Source: the human T2T-CHM13v2.0 reference genome, Homo sapiens. Taken from it: a stretch of DNA of 64,000 nt. The stretch lies in NCBI RefSeq assembly GCF_009914755.1, contig NC_060928.1; one strand, written 5' to 3'. The notes under the pieces were generated by a model that did not search any database, was not told the DNA's origin, and saw only the letters and a program-made list of their open reading frames with translations. This document shows, piece by piece, positions 40,491-54,698 of the stretch (the first letter of the stretch is position 1; each line of letters begins with the position of its first letter). Position numbers and translations under genes: made by a program.

Positions 40491-42369
40491 TAAAACTGCT
40501 GAGTGAAAAATAGAAGAAACAGACTGAGATTCACAACCTATGGAATGCATGCAAATTAAAACGATGTGAAAAGAGATAGAGAGATAGATATCAAATGCAG
40601 TAGAGTAGTTGCATAATGAATCTGGGGAGGAAGAAGATTGGAGAATGGAGATAAAAAGAAATCCATCTATCAATCAATCAAAGGAGGCATGTCACATGAA
40701 CCATTGTTAATGGTGCACCATAATTAGGCATATGATTAATATAATCTTACGTACCTGAGATCTAAAAACTAAATAAATATAATTTAAAAATGAAGTAACC
40801 CTATATTTAAAAAAGAAAAACTTTTTTAAAGTTCATTTTGAAAGCAAAGCAAACGGCAACACATTTTTAAAAAGTAGGAAAAATGAGTGTAACACATATA
40901 GGAGAGTTTATGCCACAATATTTAAAGAGTTCTTGCAAATTAATAAAGGTGTCAATGGTGTAACCAAATAATTCACTATCAAAAATGCAAATGTTCACCA
41001 CCATAGGTAAATGTATTCAATATCATTAATAGACTATTTTCCAGTCTTCCTTGAGAATAGGTCAAAAATAAATTTCAAAGTTATGCTTTGCTACCCTTTC
41101 TTGGTTCCAGAGAAAGAGAAACTTATCTGAAGCTGATTGAAAATGGTTAGGATGGAAAATAAACCACAGTCATGGAGCTGGGAGGGACATAAAAGTTCAT
41201 GTAACATGTGATAGAACAGAGGCACTGAAAAGCCGAATAATTTATCCAATAAAACACAGAATCACAATGTGAGAAACAGGATTAGAACCCAGTCTTCAAA
41301 TGTCCCACAGTGAAACATCGACCACTGGAATCACACAGCAGAAGCAGCCCTCACAAGCTGGACTTAGGAGGCCAGGAGAATCGCGGGTTGTGACTGCTTC
41401 CTGAGCATCTTCCAGTCAGGTCTGCTTCCAGAACGAGTCATGTTCCCTCTCCTTCCCACCTTGTCTCTCTCACATTCAGAGGATCACCCTCCTTGACATT
41501 TGCCTAGTTACCCTCAAATAATGCTCACTTTGGCATGGGAATTCTTTCTTGGATACTGTTGGCAATTCCAGTATTGTTATAATCAATTATTTGTGGCCTC
41601 CATATGAACATTTTTTCCAACCCTTGTATCTGTCCATGCTCCTGTTCGCTTCCCATTCCTCTTGTTATTTAAGCATTATTTGACTCAAGGCTTGGCGCAT
41701 CACAAACTTAGGTGGAAAAAGACACTGTTAGTGGGTGTCAGGCATTTATTACAGGAAATACATTAACATCACAAGGAGGTGTCATTGAAAATATTCTCAA
41801 TCTATGATTTAGATTTAAGACTAGCTAATAATGTGCTCTCCTTTCTATTTTTAAGAAAATAGACTGATACAGACTTTAACATGAAGCCCAACCCCAACAC
41901 CAGCCCTAATTTTTCAAGGAAATGAAAAACGAAAGAAGCAAAATCCCAAATAACGTCTATAGAAGATAAAACAGTAAATATTGTAGTAAACAGCAAAATT
42001 GACCTAAAGAGTACATTTAAAAAAATTTTTATCATAGTATAAATCTGCAGATTTTCAAACCAATTTATAAGTACTGCATACTGATGGCCATCAAAAGGTA
42101 TTAAATGTCAAGGAGGAATAGAGCGCTACTTCAAGAATCGAACTTAACTAAAGGTCAAAAAGTTTTCAATGTGTGCACCTTTAAAAGGTTCTCCACCTGC
42201 ATGTGCATATAAAAACAGCAGAATTATTCATTTTATGTTTTATATAAAACAGAAAATTTCAAAGGAACTTTGTGTTTTCAGGGCTGCTTCAGGCTCTCTG
42301 CCCAGATCCCGGGGATGTGCACATACATACATTGTCCTCTTCTTTAAGAAGCACTTCAGAGGAAAAGTT

Positions 42370-42595
42370 TGAGAAGCAGTGGTTTATTTGAAAGAATGAT
42401 AAACTTAGTGCTGGGAGAACTGAGAACCAATTCTAGCTTTGATACTTACTAGCTATGTCACCTAAACTCTCAAAACTTCAGTTTCCCCTTCTGTAAAATG
42501 GGATTCCTGCTGCAAGATTTAGAGGTGGGTAGGAGGATTCAATAATTAGTGCATCTGAAAAAAACTTGGAAAGCTGATAAACAATATTTATGTAA
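42370..42595 (+). mobile_element. MIR
   Basis: acttactagctatgtcacc...cttcagtttccccttctgtaaaatggg. Confidence 0.75.
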
Positions 42596-42674
42596 AAAGT
42601 TTGATTTGAGCAAGATTAAGAAACATATAATAACTATGGCTTATATTACCCCCAAAAAGCTATATTTAAAAAAA

Positions 42675-42883
42675 TTTGGAGATGGGGTTTCACAATGATA
42701 GGTCATTGTGATGTTAATGTATTTCCTGTAATAAATGCCTGACACTCACTTATAGTGTTTTTTCCCAGCTAAGTTTGGGAAACATGTTGCCCAGGCTGAA
42801 CTCAAACTTCTGGGCTCCAGGGATCCTCCTACCTCAGCCCACTCAGTAGCTGGGACTACAGGCATGCTCCACTGCACCAGGCC
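42675..42883 (-). mobile_element. FLAM_A-like Alu monomer carrying a ~90-bp templated insertion
   Basis: gagatggggtttcaca[insert]atgttgcccaggctgaactcaaac...gtagctgggactacaggcatg...ggcc. Confidence 0.85.
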
Positions 42884-44448
42884 AAAGACTGCTATCTAAA
42901 TATTGTACTTGCACATTGATTTTTTTCATACATCCCTTGATAGTCCCAGAAATTTTTATTCTATTTTCCTGCCTCATGAGTCACTCTCCCAGAAATTCCC
43001 TGACAGTTTTGATATTCAATCTTGCTTGAGCTACTGGCATTTGTAGGTGTTATGTCATTTAAATGACTAATACCTCTGCACTATTCACAAAGCAGTTTCT
43101 TTTTTCTTTTTTCCTAGTACCTTCTACATATAGGTATTTAATGAAAGCTTCCTGAACAAAATAATTGTAATGTAATGAAATTGAGATGTAATGTAAACAT
43201 TGGCTGAAGTCTCTGGTTTCAGCAATCAGGCTATCTGATCATAAACCTTGTCTCTGTCACTTACTAGCTCTGTATTCTTAGACAAATTAGCTATGACTCA
43301 GATTGCCTATCTAGAATATGGGCATCACAGCCATGCCGTAGTGTTTAAAAATAATAAATATGATTGTGTGTGGAAAGTGCTAGCATACCTTTGTCATGTG
43401 CTAAATATGCAATAAATAGTAATTTTTATCAAAATAGTTGTATAAGTGGGAAAGAGGAAATGGCACAATGCTGCCAACTGTTCTTGGCTATAAAATATCA
43501 CATATTTCTCCCATCTTCTAGAACTCACAGCTTTGTGATTTATACTTGTTCCAATTTGAATGGAAATTATTTCCTGGAAACTTGCTGCTGTGAGAATCCC
43601 AGCCTTTGACCACATGCCTGCTATGTTTACTTTAGTAGCTCTTTGTTGACCTAGTCATTTAATGGCCCTGGATCCTGTTTCTTCCCCATCAGCTGTTTCA
43701 CTCTCTTCCTTCCACTTTCACATGTCTTAGCGCAATGCAACTTCATAAGTAACTCTACCTTGTTATGAAGGTTCTTATGTTTAGTTAATAGTCTTCAAAG
43801 ATATGTTTATAAATTAGTGTTTTCACTTTTTAAAATTATTTCTATTTTAAGACAACTGCTAGCCAAAAAGTTTTTCGATGAGTTTAGTTTGAATAATTCT
43901 GTAAAGTAGCTACTCGATATTTATTATTGATTGCTTTAAAAATGTTTCCCATCACCTATATACATTACAATAGACAGGCATTTATTCAACATAAAAAAGA
44001 AACTTTCTGACTTCAAGATCATTAGATTATAAAATGTTGACCCACTCAGGCAGATTATCTTCTTTCCTTGATGACCTTAAAAGTCAGAGAGGCATTGAAA
44101 TGATTTCAACAATTTAAATGCTATTCTGATACACTTACAATAAATATGTGCAAGTTTCAGCCCAGGATATAGCTATAATTTTTAATGCAACGTTATAAAT
44201 TAAGACGAAATAGGAAGATTTTATATCCAGAAAAAAATGATAGGATATTAATAGGATTTTAAACTTCCTTTCTTATTATTTTAAAGCCATATATTTAACT
44301 CAATTAAAATCAATAGAAAATAAAATACTTTGACTCTTATTCTGTTTCAGTTACCAGACTAGGACTGGAAATGGACAAATGACAAGTCAGGAACCTTTTT
44401 CTCAAGACGTTCACAGTCTATTTGAGAAGACAGATATCTATGTGTGTG

Positions 44449-44451
<3 letters not shown>

Positions 44452-44480
<29 letters not shown>
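44452..44480. repeat. (CA)14 microsatellite
   Basis: Directly visible. Confidence 0.97.
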
Positions 44481-44484
<4 letters not shown>

Positions 44485-45419
44485 CATATACACCCCTAAA
44501 CAATAAGCATATGCACAAGAGAGAAAGTCATCATGGAGAAATGATTGATTCTCTGAGACAGGTGCAGAAGTCAACCCTAATGATAACTATAATATTGGGT
44601 CTGAGTTTTGAAGAACTAATAGAAATATGTCAGACTGGGCTAGAAGGAGCTTTCTAAACAAATGGAATATGTGATTTGATAGAGTGTAAACTGCAAGAGA
44701 GGAAAGGTGCAAGAGATAGTCAAGGTCGGATCATGAGATACAGTATGGCCCCACCGCAGAGATATCAGAGAAACAAAGCAGTAAATAAATAACAATCTCT
44801 GGAAATAGGAGGTTAGATACAACTACTGTTCTGAGAAACATTGCTAAATCTGTTGCTCTAAATGTAGTGCCCGACAAAGCATCCAAGCATAGGTGATTTT
44901 TTTCCTCCATTTACAAAACTACAGTGCGGGAGCCTAACTACTTGATACTTCACTGATGCCAACCCCGAATATCATAGATTTTATTTGAGAGTTAGTTTCT
45001 TCCTATCTGAAGAAACAAAAAGGCTTCTTTTAATTCCTGCAGATGTGCTTGTTTCTGGGATGTCTGTAAGAATCTGCCATCAGAAACCACAATCCAGAAT
45101 TTACAGTTCAAAGTATCAGATGGTAAGAGTTTCCATAAATTTGTTCTAATCAAAAGAAAACCACCTGGAATTAATCACGTGACAGGGTAGCAGGAAGCTG
45201 ATTAAGGATGATTTGCTTCGGTAGAAAAGCTTTCAGAACAATTGCAGAAGTTGTAGTAGGCAAGGACAGAAGGGATTCTGTTAAAATTTTTCTTTTGCTT
45301 TTTCTGTCTTGCAAAATATCCATCTTTATAACATAACTAGGAATCTTAATTATTGCAATGAGCCATAACTCAATAAATGAACACTTTTCACCTTAAAAAA
45401 TTAACAAAGTTACAAACTA

Positions 45420-46720
45420 ACAAGCAGAAGAGAAATATTCAGTATCGTCTGTATCTTTTTCAATTTCTAATACCACCTTACCCTTTTTCAGGCTTGCCTC
45501 CATCCTTCCCAAAATATTGAAACTGCCAACCTTGCACTGCTCTATTCCTAATGTGTGTGTGAACTCAGTGGTTTTTCTATGCCTTCTTTCAATTTGTCCT
45601 CCCCAAGACTGAGCACTGTGGCCCTCTATCTTGAAACTCTTCTCACCCCTTTTTCTCATAAGCACGGCTCTTTCTGGACATCTTCTTATGTTTTTACCCT
45701 TTCTGAACAGATTCTTTCACTGGATTCCATTTATCTTCTGGTTCCTTAAATAGAATTGTTTCTTTAGCTTCTGTACTTCAGCTACTTCCCTGCTGCTCTG
45801 AGCCTTCCATGCCTGACCCACTTCCTAAATTTACTCCCAGAAGATTAATCCCTGGTTTTTTATTTTAAGCTCTCTTTCTCTCTCTCTCTTTCTCATGAGA
45901 CAGAAATTACCTACCATTCATTTTTAGCAGCCACAAGGACATCAAATCTCAAAAATGACTGCTTCTGGTTTCTCAAAATGAATATAGCCAGAATTTATCT
46001 TCTTATCGTGTATCTGAACAGGCTTTGTTTTCTTGGAAATCCTTCTGCCCACTAATAGGAGTTCACCCACACAAGCTTGAAATCTCAGAGAGCAATTTGT
46101 GTGTTTTCCATACAATTTCCTTGAAAGTCTAGTTTTCTATTTTTATTAAATCACCTTCAAAAGCATTACCTCTTCCAAATTGTTCTTGCTCAAAGTCACT
46201 GTGGTAACTTTCCCAGATATGATGGTCTACATAAGAAAAATACTCTTAAAACTGGTTTTCCTGCCCTAATCCTTTCTCCTTTATACCATCATGCACAATA
46301 ATGATATATTGATATTTTAAAGAGTAACACTAATCATATGTCCGAAGGCTCAAAATGTCACCATTTTCTACAATGTCTTAGATTAGCATTGAAGTCCTCT
46401 CTTCGACCTAGGCAATGTTTTCACCATAAGTGTCCAGTGCTTCTCACTCTATACTTAATGCCAATCATCGGAGTTACTTGCTGTTTTGAATTGCTGTTTT
46501 GAATTTAGTATCTACCTTTACCTACGTTTTTGCTTTTTGCTTCCACATTTCTGCGCTTTACAACACATCTCCATACACATCTGCCATACATCCAGTAAGA
46601 GTCTGTTCAAATGGAGATCTGGAATAAAGCTGTCCATGATGACTCTAATTAGATGGTAGCATTTCTTCTTCTGAGCACTCAGAAGCCATTCTCTGTTCCC
46701 CTGTAGTAGCATATATGGCT
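45420..46720 (+). mobile_element. L2 remnants
   Basis: cttgaaactcttctc, ttctcaaaatgaatatagccaga and ttagcattgaagtcctct. Confidence 0.5.
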
Positions 46721-49700
46721 TTTCTCTTAGGCAGACAGGGTCATGATGACAGGGTAATTTTCATATATGCCTTAGCAATTACAGGATGAAAGAACTGACC
46801 AATATGTTTGACCAATACGTTTTTCTGTTCTCTTTTTCTATGGAGTCTGAAAAATCTGTAAAGACAATATAAAGTTGCCCTTGAGAATTAGTATTTACCT
46901 TCTAGAGACATATTAAATATTTGTTCTCAATAAATTAGAAAAAGGTTGTTTAGGCATTAATTTATTTTTGATGTATTGAATATCTAAAATGTTTATAATT
47001 TGTTAAAGTTATATTTTCCTTGAATATAGATTAATTATTGGTCTTAGGTCTAACAGAGTCAGGAGCAGAAGAAAGGCATTCTGGTGTATATAATTTTTTC
47101 CTTGACCTCCATATCTGCTATTATTCCATATCAATTTACATAGATGAAAAGAAGAAATAAGGTAAAGAAATACATACTGACATCTACATGTGTGCATGGA
47201 ATAGTGCTAAACCTTTTCACAAACTCTTAGTAAATCATTATATGTGGGTTAAGAACATTTAGACACATTTTTGCAGATGAGAAAACTCATAAAATTAACT
47301 GCTATCAGATCTTGAATTCAGGTGTTCTGATTCCCAATACAAAGCTCATACCCCTAAACCATTCCATCTGTAGTGAGCTAATTTCCTTTATTCCCTGATT
47401 GCAACAAACTACAACTACTTAGGGTTTTATCTGATATAAAATTATCTCAAAATTTTCTTACACATCTAAGATTTTATGACATTTATTGTAAGTCTTTTTT
47501 TGTGTGTAGTGTTACCAAAATCAGTTGCAGGGATAAGTTTCCTAACTGCACCTCCCCATGAGGGGAGGGCGAAACTTATTAGAAAATAAATTTCTAAAAG
47601 AAACTTATCAGAATCTTAAAAAGGCAGGCATGAAAGATGTATCTGGAAGCTACTGAGTTCCTATATGACTCTGGATATTTTCCTCTGGTTGAATAGCTGG
47701 TATAATAAGAATTTCATCCATATAAAAGGATGAAATAACAGTAAAGCTATGTCTGAAGAATATCAGACATTTAGCAAAAATAGAAAAATTTTATTTAATA
47801 TTTAAGTTTAATAATAATCTGAATGTATGCTTTACATAGCACACCACATCTGAGAATGTATTAAATTCTTCAATTACATCTTGATATTGAGGATATATAT
47901 ACATTCTTACAAATATGTCATATAGATATAGGCAAAGTGGTAAAAACATAGTATATAGCTATGTAGCTGTGCACTTATATAGATACATTGTATAAATTTA
48001 ATTTTTGAGGGATGTATGTTCTCATATTACACCTTTTATGATTCTTTGAAAGTTCACTTTTATTTATCAATACAATTTTTATAAACTAACACAATTATAT
48101 TCACTCAATAAATTATGTCTAGATGAGCACCAATAATGCCTTATGATTTAAACAAAGTAACTGTTTCAAATGAGCAACATTCTTTACCAATAAAAAACAT
48201 CCAGGAAGTAAAGCAATTTACTTATTTTGCATAATTCACACATGTTAACTCACACAGGTTTATATTGAACTCCAAGTACAGAAGACATTTTTACGTAAAA
48301 TGATGACTTGAGCAAATGGCATATATTTATCTATTCTTTATACTATATTTTTATAAAGCAGTGAAGGCATTTCTTAGCAGTCAAAATTCTATATGCAATA
48401 ACCTTAAGCTGAATGAGTGAATTTCTGGACTCTAATTTTAAAGGAAATAAACTCTGCTGATTCTAGTTTGATGATAGTTTTACTAATGTCAGTGTACTGA
48501 GAACATTTTCTTTAATCACCTCAAAAATGCCTTCAAAATATCACTTGGTGGACAAAATGATCAAATGTTGCAAATAAAAATATGCTCAAGTCATCAAATT
48601 GTTTGACTCTCAATTATGAAATTATATTAATCTTCAAATGAAATGCATAATGGTTAAAGTAACTTTTCTTATTATTAATATAGAAATCTTTGGAAACTGT
48701 GGACTAGGGTCAAATCTATTAAAAAGAAAAAATAATAGTACTTATCTTTGCTGAAGCCACATTTTTTTCAACTTAAAATGCGTAACTATTTGGGTTTACA
48801 TATGCTTACTCTTAGGTAGACCAAAAAACATTTCTATCCTTGAAACAAGGTAGATAGGACAGGGAAAGAAATGGATACATGGATTTCTCTCTGTGTGTTT
48901 GTGTATGTGAGGTCAATGGTTTCACTTTTTTAAAAAAGAAAGTAAAGTCCTCTTGGCCTCATTTCATTATTAGTGATGTATGCAGTCTACAGAACACACA
49001 CAAATACAAAAATAATATACAGTGTCTTCAACCAAATGATGTTCATCTTTGGTAACCATATATGATAGAGATATAGAAAAATAGAAATAGTAAGTGTTTT
49101 TTGTCTTTAAAACATACAGATATTGTATGCATTATGTAAAGCATTATTCTAGAATATGTTTCATTCTTAAGAAATTTTTCTTTTGCTTACAAAAATGATT
49201 TATGTAGTGTAGAAGATAAATAAAATTAGGGCAATATTACTATCTTTCCTAAAGTTTTTAAAGTCTGCCTCCTTAAACTTAATTTCGTTTTTACTTTTTG
49301 GTTCATTTTCCTGCTTATGAATCAAAAATCTTCCCTATACATTTTACCATGGCATTTTACTTAAATTCCTTAGATGCTTGGGACTGAGACACTTAGTTCT
49401 TATCACAACCATGCCCCCCAAAAGTGTTTAATTGCTAAATGCTAAAATTTAAGAGTGAATATTATTCTTCAACATTATATACATGAGTGTAATTACTATG
49501 CTGAAATATAATGAAACTCTCATTATGCCCAAATCAGCTACCAAAAATAAAATCATTTTGCAGGATGATGCAGGTGCTTGTAGTGAATTATAGAAATAAG
49601 CTTGAAGTTTCACAGACTCTTCCTCTATAAAAAATAATTCATCTTTTCAATTGTCAGCACTATTCAGAAGAAGCCCAAATGTTATTTATTCCAAAAGCCT

Positions 49701-49935
49701 CTCTCTCTCTCTCTTCTTTCTCTTCTCCCTTTCTCCTCTCTCTCTCTCTCCTTCATGAATGGGGGTAGAGAGCAGAAAGAAAATCAACTGCTAAAGTAAA
49801 GCATAGATTATTATGACCCAACTTCAGAATTATTGAACCTGAGTTCAAATGTCTTTCAACTCTATTTGATAGATATGACAGTCTTCTTTAAAATTTTATA
49901 TACTGTACTGTTTTAAAGCTCAAATTTTAAAGTTT

Positions 49936-50003
49936 GAAAATAGTCTTATCTGATCCTTGCAAATAGTCTTGATCTGATCCTTGGAAATAGTCTTATCTGA
50001 TCC
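49936..50003. repeat. 23-24 bp tandem repeat, 3 copies
   Basis: aaatagtctt(g)atctgatcc(ttg) occurs three times. Confidence 0.95.
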
Positions 50004-51315
50004 CTTTCTCTCTCAACTCTCAAAATTCTAAAATAATTTCACTTAAGGTTTCTGAAATATAGCATAAGCAATATGTCTGAGGAACAGAATTTATTAGCAA
50101 TATTAGATAATGTTGCTATATAATTAATTAGGAAATATTACCAAAGAAATCTACCAAAATATTATTTACTTTATTTAATATCTAAACTTTCAAGTAAAAC
50201 GTACAAATGGTGAACTTCTGATATGCTGTACCTTTTCTTTACTACATTTAAACTAACATATTTGTCACTAAAGATTCAGGTAAAAAAGGCACAGTTCAAA
50301 GGAAAATGTCTTTTTTATTTTACACAATGTTAAGAATTGAATTTTGCTCTTGCAGCTTCTTGCTGTACAATTTTTTATGCTCTGAAACTTATGGACAATA
50401 CTTCCGTAGATCTTGTAGCACCAACAACTGTCAAACATGTCATCTCAACAGAATGAAGAATGTCCTCGGTTAGTTTACAGACGATTGCCGTATTTTTACA
50501 TTCTTTGTTGCCATACGGGGCTGCCTGAAAATGGACAACTGCATCATAGATCATTCAGTTGTGAATCCCTTTTTCTTATTTCAGTGAATCAATGACTGTC
50601 TTATATATATATTGTATAAAATATATTTTAGAAACTTTTACACTGTCCTACAAAATTAAATTCCTCTACTGTTCTCAAATCCCTAGAGAAAATAAGAGAC
50701 TGCATGCCAAACAAATCCTGTTTGCTCTCAGAAGTGTCAAATATACATCTGTCTGGCTATTCACACACCTTTGTTTTATTCTGAATTACTCAATAGTGAC
50801 AGAAAACACACAGTGATGGGAGCCACAGCACATCACTCTTGAAACTGCAAGAAAATTTCATAAGGGATTTTATCTTGTTTTGTACTTTAAGGAAGAGAAA
50901 GAACTAAATTTACTACTACTTAAAGAAGAAATACACAACTCTGGTATGATTGCACATCTGTTAGCTGGAAGGGAAACTAGAAATGTACTGATTCTGTCCC
51001 TTAAATTGTTGCTGTAAACTTCCCAAAGCATTAAACAAGTTTATTTATCCCAGCTAGTTTAATTATAGTGGCTTATTAAATGGGAAATGACAGAGGAGCA
51101 AAGTGACTTTTTTTTTTGGTACTATGAAGTCTGATTTATTTTCATCCACATGTGGACAGCAGCCAAAATTTAGAAAACAGTCTTATTAACTACCTTCTAC
51201 CATATGTTAATCGAGTATAAGGGCATTACTACTGTGTATTATTGGTTCAATTTTGTTTTTCTAAATGTGTCTATTTTTAATTTTTTAGCTTAAACAAAAT
51301 AAAAACATGTATTCC

Positions 51316-51445
51316 AGGCTTGCACTAATGACTAAATGCATTAAAATTCCTCTTTCTTTCAATGGTGGAAACAAACATAGAGGCTTACACTAATGACTAA
51401 ATGAGTTAAAATCCCTCCTTCTTTTAAAGATGAAAATATACACAG
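51316..51445. repeat. 65-bp tandem duplication
   Basis: aggctt(g/a)cactaatgactaaatg..ttaaaat.cctc.ttcttt at 51316 and 51381. Confidence 0.9.
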
Positions 51446-52594
51446 AATCATGAAAAAAAAAAAAAACAAAACAACAAAGAAAACTTAGTCCAGGAAACCC
51501 AGGACAAGTCTGAGAGCTAATCTCAAGGGCACTTCCATTAGCTGAATGGCTTGTACATTCAAAGAACTGGAGGAAACATAGGGAATTTTGAAAATGGTCA
51601 ATTTCCACTGCAATTTTTTTTTTTTACCTCTAAAACTCCTTAGCTCAATGGTAAAATTAAAAGATATATTTTTTGGAGTTTGTTTATGTAAACTTCCTTG
51701 AATTTCTAAAATGTCTCTTTCCAATATTCCGTGAGTATAGATCTAAGGTCTTTTTTTATTCTTTTTCTCTCACTCTCTTTTCCTACTTTCTTCTCTCTGT
51801 TACTTCCATTTTTTTCTTTTAGTTTGTTCCTGAACTTAAAATGTATTGACATATCACCCACTATTTACATGGTAGAAAACAGTAGTAATCAGATTTGGAT
51901 CATCAAAACATGCTGATATTTTTGCTTTAAAGTATTTGCTGGCTACACACAGCCTCCCTACCAGAATCTCATTATTGAAGAAAAATACATTTTAAAATAT
52001 CAGGAGCAATCACTGACCCATCCATGAACCAGGTGCTGCTTTTACCTTTCAAGCCAATGTCATGGGAGATCCAGAGTGGTGCATGTGCTTATTACTCTCT
52101 AGTCATACAATTCTTTCACTTCCAAATATTTTCTTTCAATGTCCCCAATCGTTTGATAGTACTTTGTGCCTGAGTATTGAAACCCTTTATGATTAAGACC
52201 CCTCTCTTTAATGAATACTTCAGAAGACAAAGTATGAAACATTGTAAATACAGAAGTCACACATGTATGCAAAATAGGATTTGATACTTTCAAATGACAG
52301 TTGTCAGTTAGATAAATCCCCATATCTTTTTTTCATTTTTAAGTATTCATTGCACAAATCGAACACCAATTATTTGCCCAGAACTGAGGATATAGCAGTT
52401 AAGAAAAAAAAAAAATCCTCCTTCATGAAAACTGCATCGTGATGGTGGGAGAGACAAAAAATATAAGAAATACTCAAAACAATTATGTGTTAGAAAGTGC
52501 CCAGGAAAAATTATATAAGTGAAGCAAGACAGTGAGTTGAGGGTGGGAAATTTTAGACAAATGGATAAAAGAAAGCTTCATTGAGAAGGGGATA

Positions 52595-52829
52595 AAATCA
52601 GCCCTCCTTATCTGCAAGTTCTGCAGCTGCAGATTCAACCAACTGGGGAAATACAAAAATACAAATAAAAACAATATTGTATTAGATAAGTACTCTAGAA
52701 ATGACTTAGAGTATATGGAAATATGTGTGTAGGTTATACGCAAATACTACATGTTTTATATCAGGGACTTGAGCATCCTTAAATTTTGGTATGCACGGGG
52801 TCCTGGAATCAATCCCCCTGAGATGACTG
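52595..52829. mobile_element. Tigger3a (MER7/Golem) DNA transposon, internally deleted
   Basis: gattcaaccaac...taggttatacgcaaatactac...gggacttgagcatcc...ggtcctggaatcaatcccc...gactg; TA on both flanks. Confidence 0.85.
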
Positions 52830-53054
52830 TATTCAAATATAGACCTGATAAAAGTGAATGAACAGACCGTGTAGACATTTGGGAAAAAGAATTCCAGGCA
52901 GAGAGAGCAGCCTCTGGAGTTGAGTGTGAATTGGCTGTGAGACCAAAGGTGACCAAAGCCTAGCTCATACAAGGCCTTTTAAACTATGCTCAGGGAATTC
53001 ATTTGAGGGTTTAGATCCAATGACTGGCATGATCTAATATTTGTTGGAATAAGT

Positions 53055-53290
53055 ATTGTAGTTTAGTATAGCGGTTCAGAGAATGGACTCTGGTACCAGA
53101 GAGCCCAGGCTTGAATCCCACCTTTGACATTATTTAACTATAGAGTCCCAGTTGATTAACTTAGCCTTACTGTGGCTAACCCATCTCATGGGAGACCATA
53201 CTTGTATCTACTTCATGGAAATACGATAAATATTAAATGCGCTGATATATACAAAGCACATGATAAGGAGTATATAAGTGTGTGTTAAAA
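53055..53290 (+). mobile_element. MIR
   Basis: tagtatagcggttcagagaatggactctgg...ggcttgaatccca. Confidence 0.7.
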
Positions 53291-54698
53291 AATAAAGACT
53301 GAGTATATCAGTTGTGTTTGAAATGGGCTCCAAGGGTCAAGGTAAAGCAGAGAGACAGCAATCAGGAAGCTATAAAATAATCTTTTTTAGAACTATTGTT
53401 GGCTTGCATTAGAACAGTGGAACTGTGGGTGGTGGAAAGAAGTGGCCAGTTTCGGCATATATTTTGATGGTAGACCCAGCAGGGTTTGTTCAGCTTAGAT
53501 GTGAGTATGAAAGATAAAGAAGAGTGAGGTTACAGCTCAGGCTTTAGGCTATGTAATTGGAAATACGAGTTGACATTTATTAAAGTGGGGAAGGCAATGA
53601 GCAGAAGGGACAGATTTGGGTTTGAGCAAGAAATGCTTTTTTAAACATTGCATTTAAATACTTATTTTTTGCAAAATATTTTGAGTAGCTTTGTAAATTT
53701 GACAAGCCTGTTAAACATTCAAGTGGATTCAAAGATTGGGTAGATATATGAGTCTGGAATTCAGGGAAAAATTCTAGGCTGAAGGTATAGATTTGGGACT
53801 TGTCAGCCTATTTAAAACTAAGTGAATTGATGAGGTTACAGAGTGAGTACAGAGCGAGGAACAGTCCAAGGACTAAATTCTGGGGCATCCTAGAATTTAG
53901 ATGATGAGGAGACAAAGATGGTACACACAGGAAAAGGGAAAGCAGGAGGAATGCCGTGGCTTATAAGCCACATGAAGAAAGTGGTTCAGTGAGAAGGTTT
54001 GATCAAGGGTATATGTGATGCTGATGGCTCAAGTAAGACTGGGCTAAATAACAGAGAGGTCATGGTTGACTTGACACAGCAATTTCTATATTGATCTGAA
54101 GACGAATTCCTGAAATCAGTGAGTTCGATGGCAGATGTAAGGAAAGGCGTTAGAAACAAGAATTTCAGGAAATTATTTTGAGGAATATTTCTACAAATAT
54201 AAAAAAGAAATATTAACTAAAGGGGGAATTAAATTGTATTTTATTTACATAAATATCGCCATGATTTTAAAATATCAGAAAACATCTGGTAAAAGATTTT
54301 GTTTTAATTGTGACAGTCTAGAAGTAAAAATGGAATTATTTCTGTAGGTGAAAGTTGCTATAATTTGTTTAACTGACCAGTGGATGACTAAGTGAATCTA
54401 GGCTATCTAATTAATCTAACCAAGTATACAGAGCTTTAAATATATAATTATCATTTAGGCACAAATATTTTGAGATATCTTCGTGGCTAATTATTTCCCT
54501 CTCTAGGAACAATTTCCAACTGCAACATTATACAGGTGGGTTCTGGCAACCATTTTTTAAAATACATACAAAAGGTGCCTTTGCTGCAGTGGATTTTATC
54601 AGAATGGACACCTAACACAATAGAGGGTAGTGAGAGTCTCTCTTCTGTTATTTGGAATTTGAATTCAGGGTTTGCAGTGAGTTTTTCTCTACACCAAG

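Larger units (their letters stand above)
52335..54200 (-). mobile_element. L2a 3' region, split by Tigger3a and MIR
   Basis: gacatttgggaaaaagaattccaggcagag, ggcatgatcta, tatattttgatggtagacc, gatatatgagtctggaattcaggg. Confidence 0.8.
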
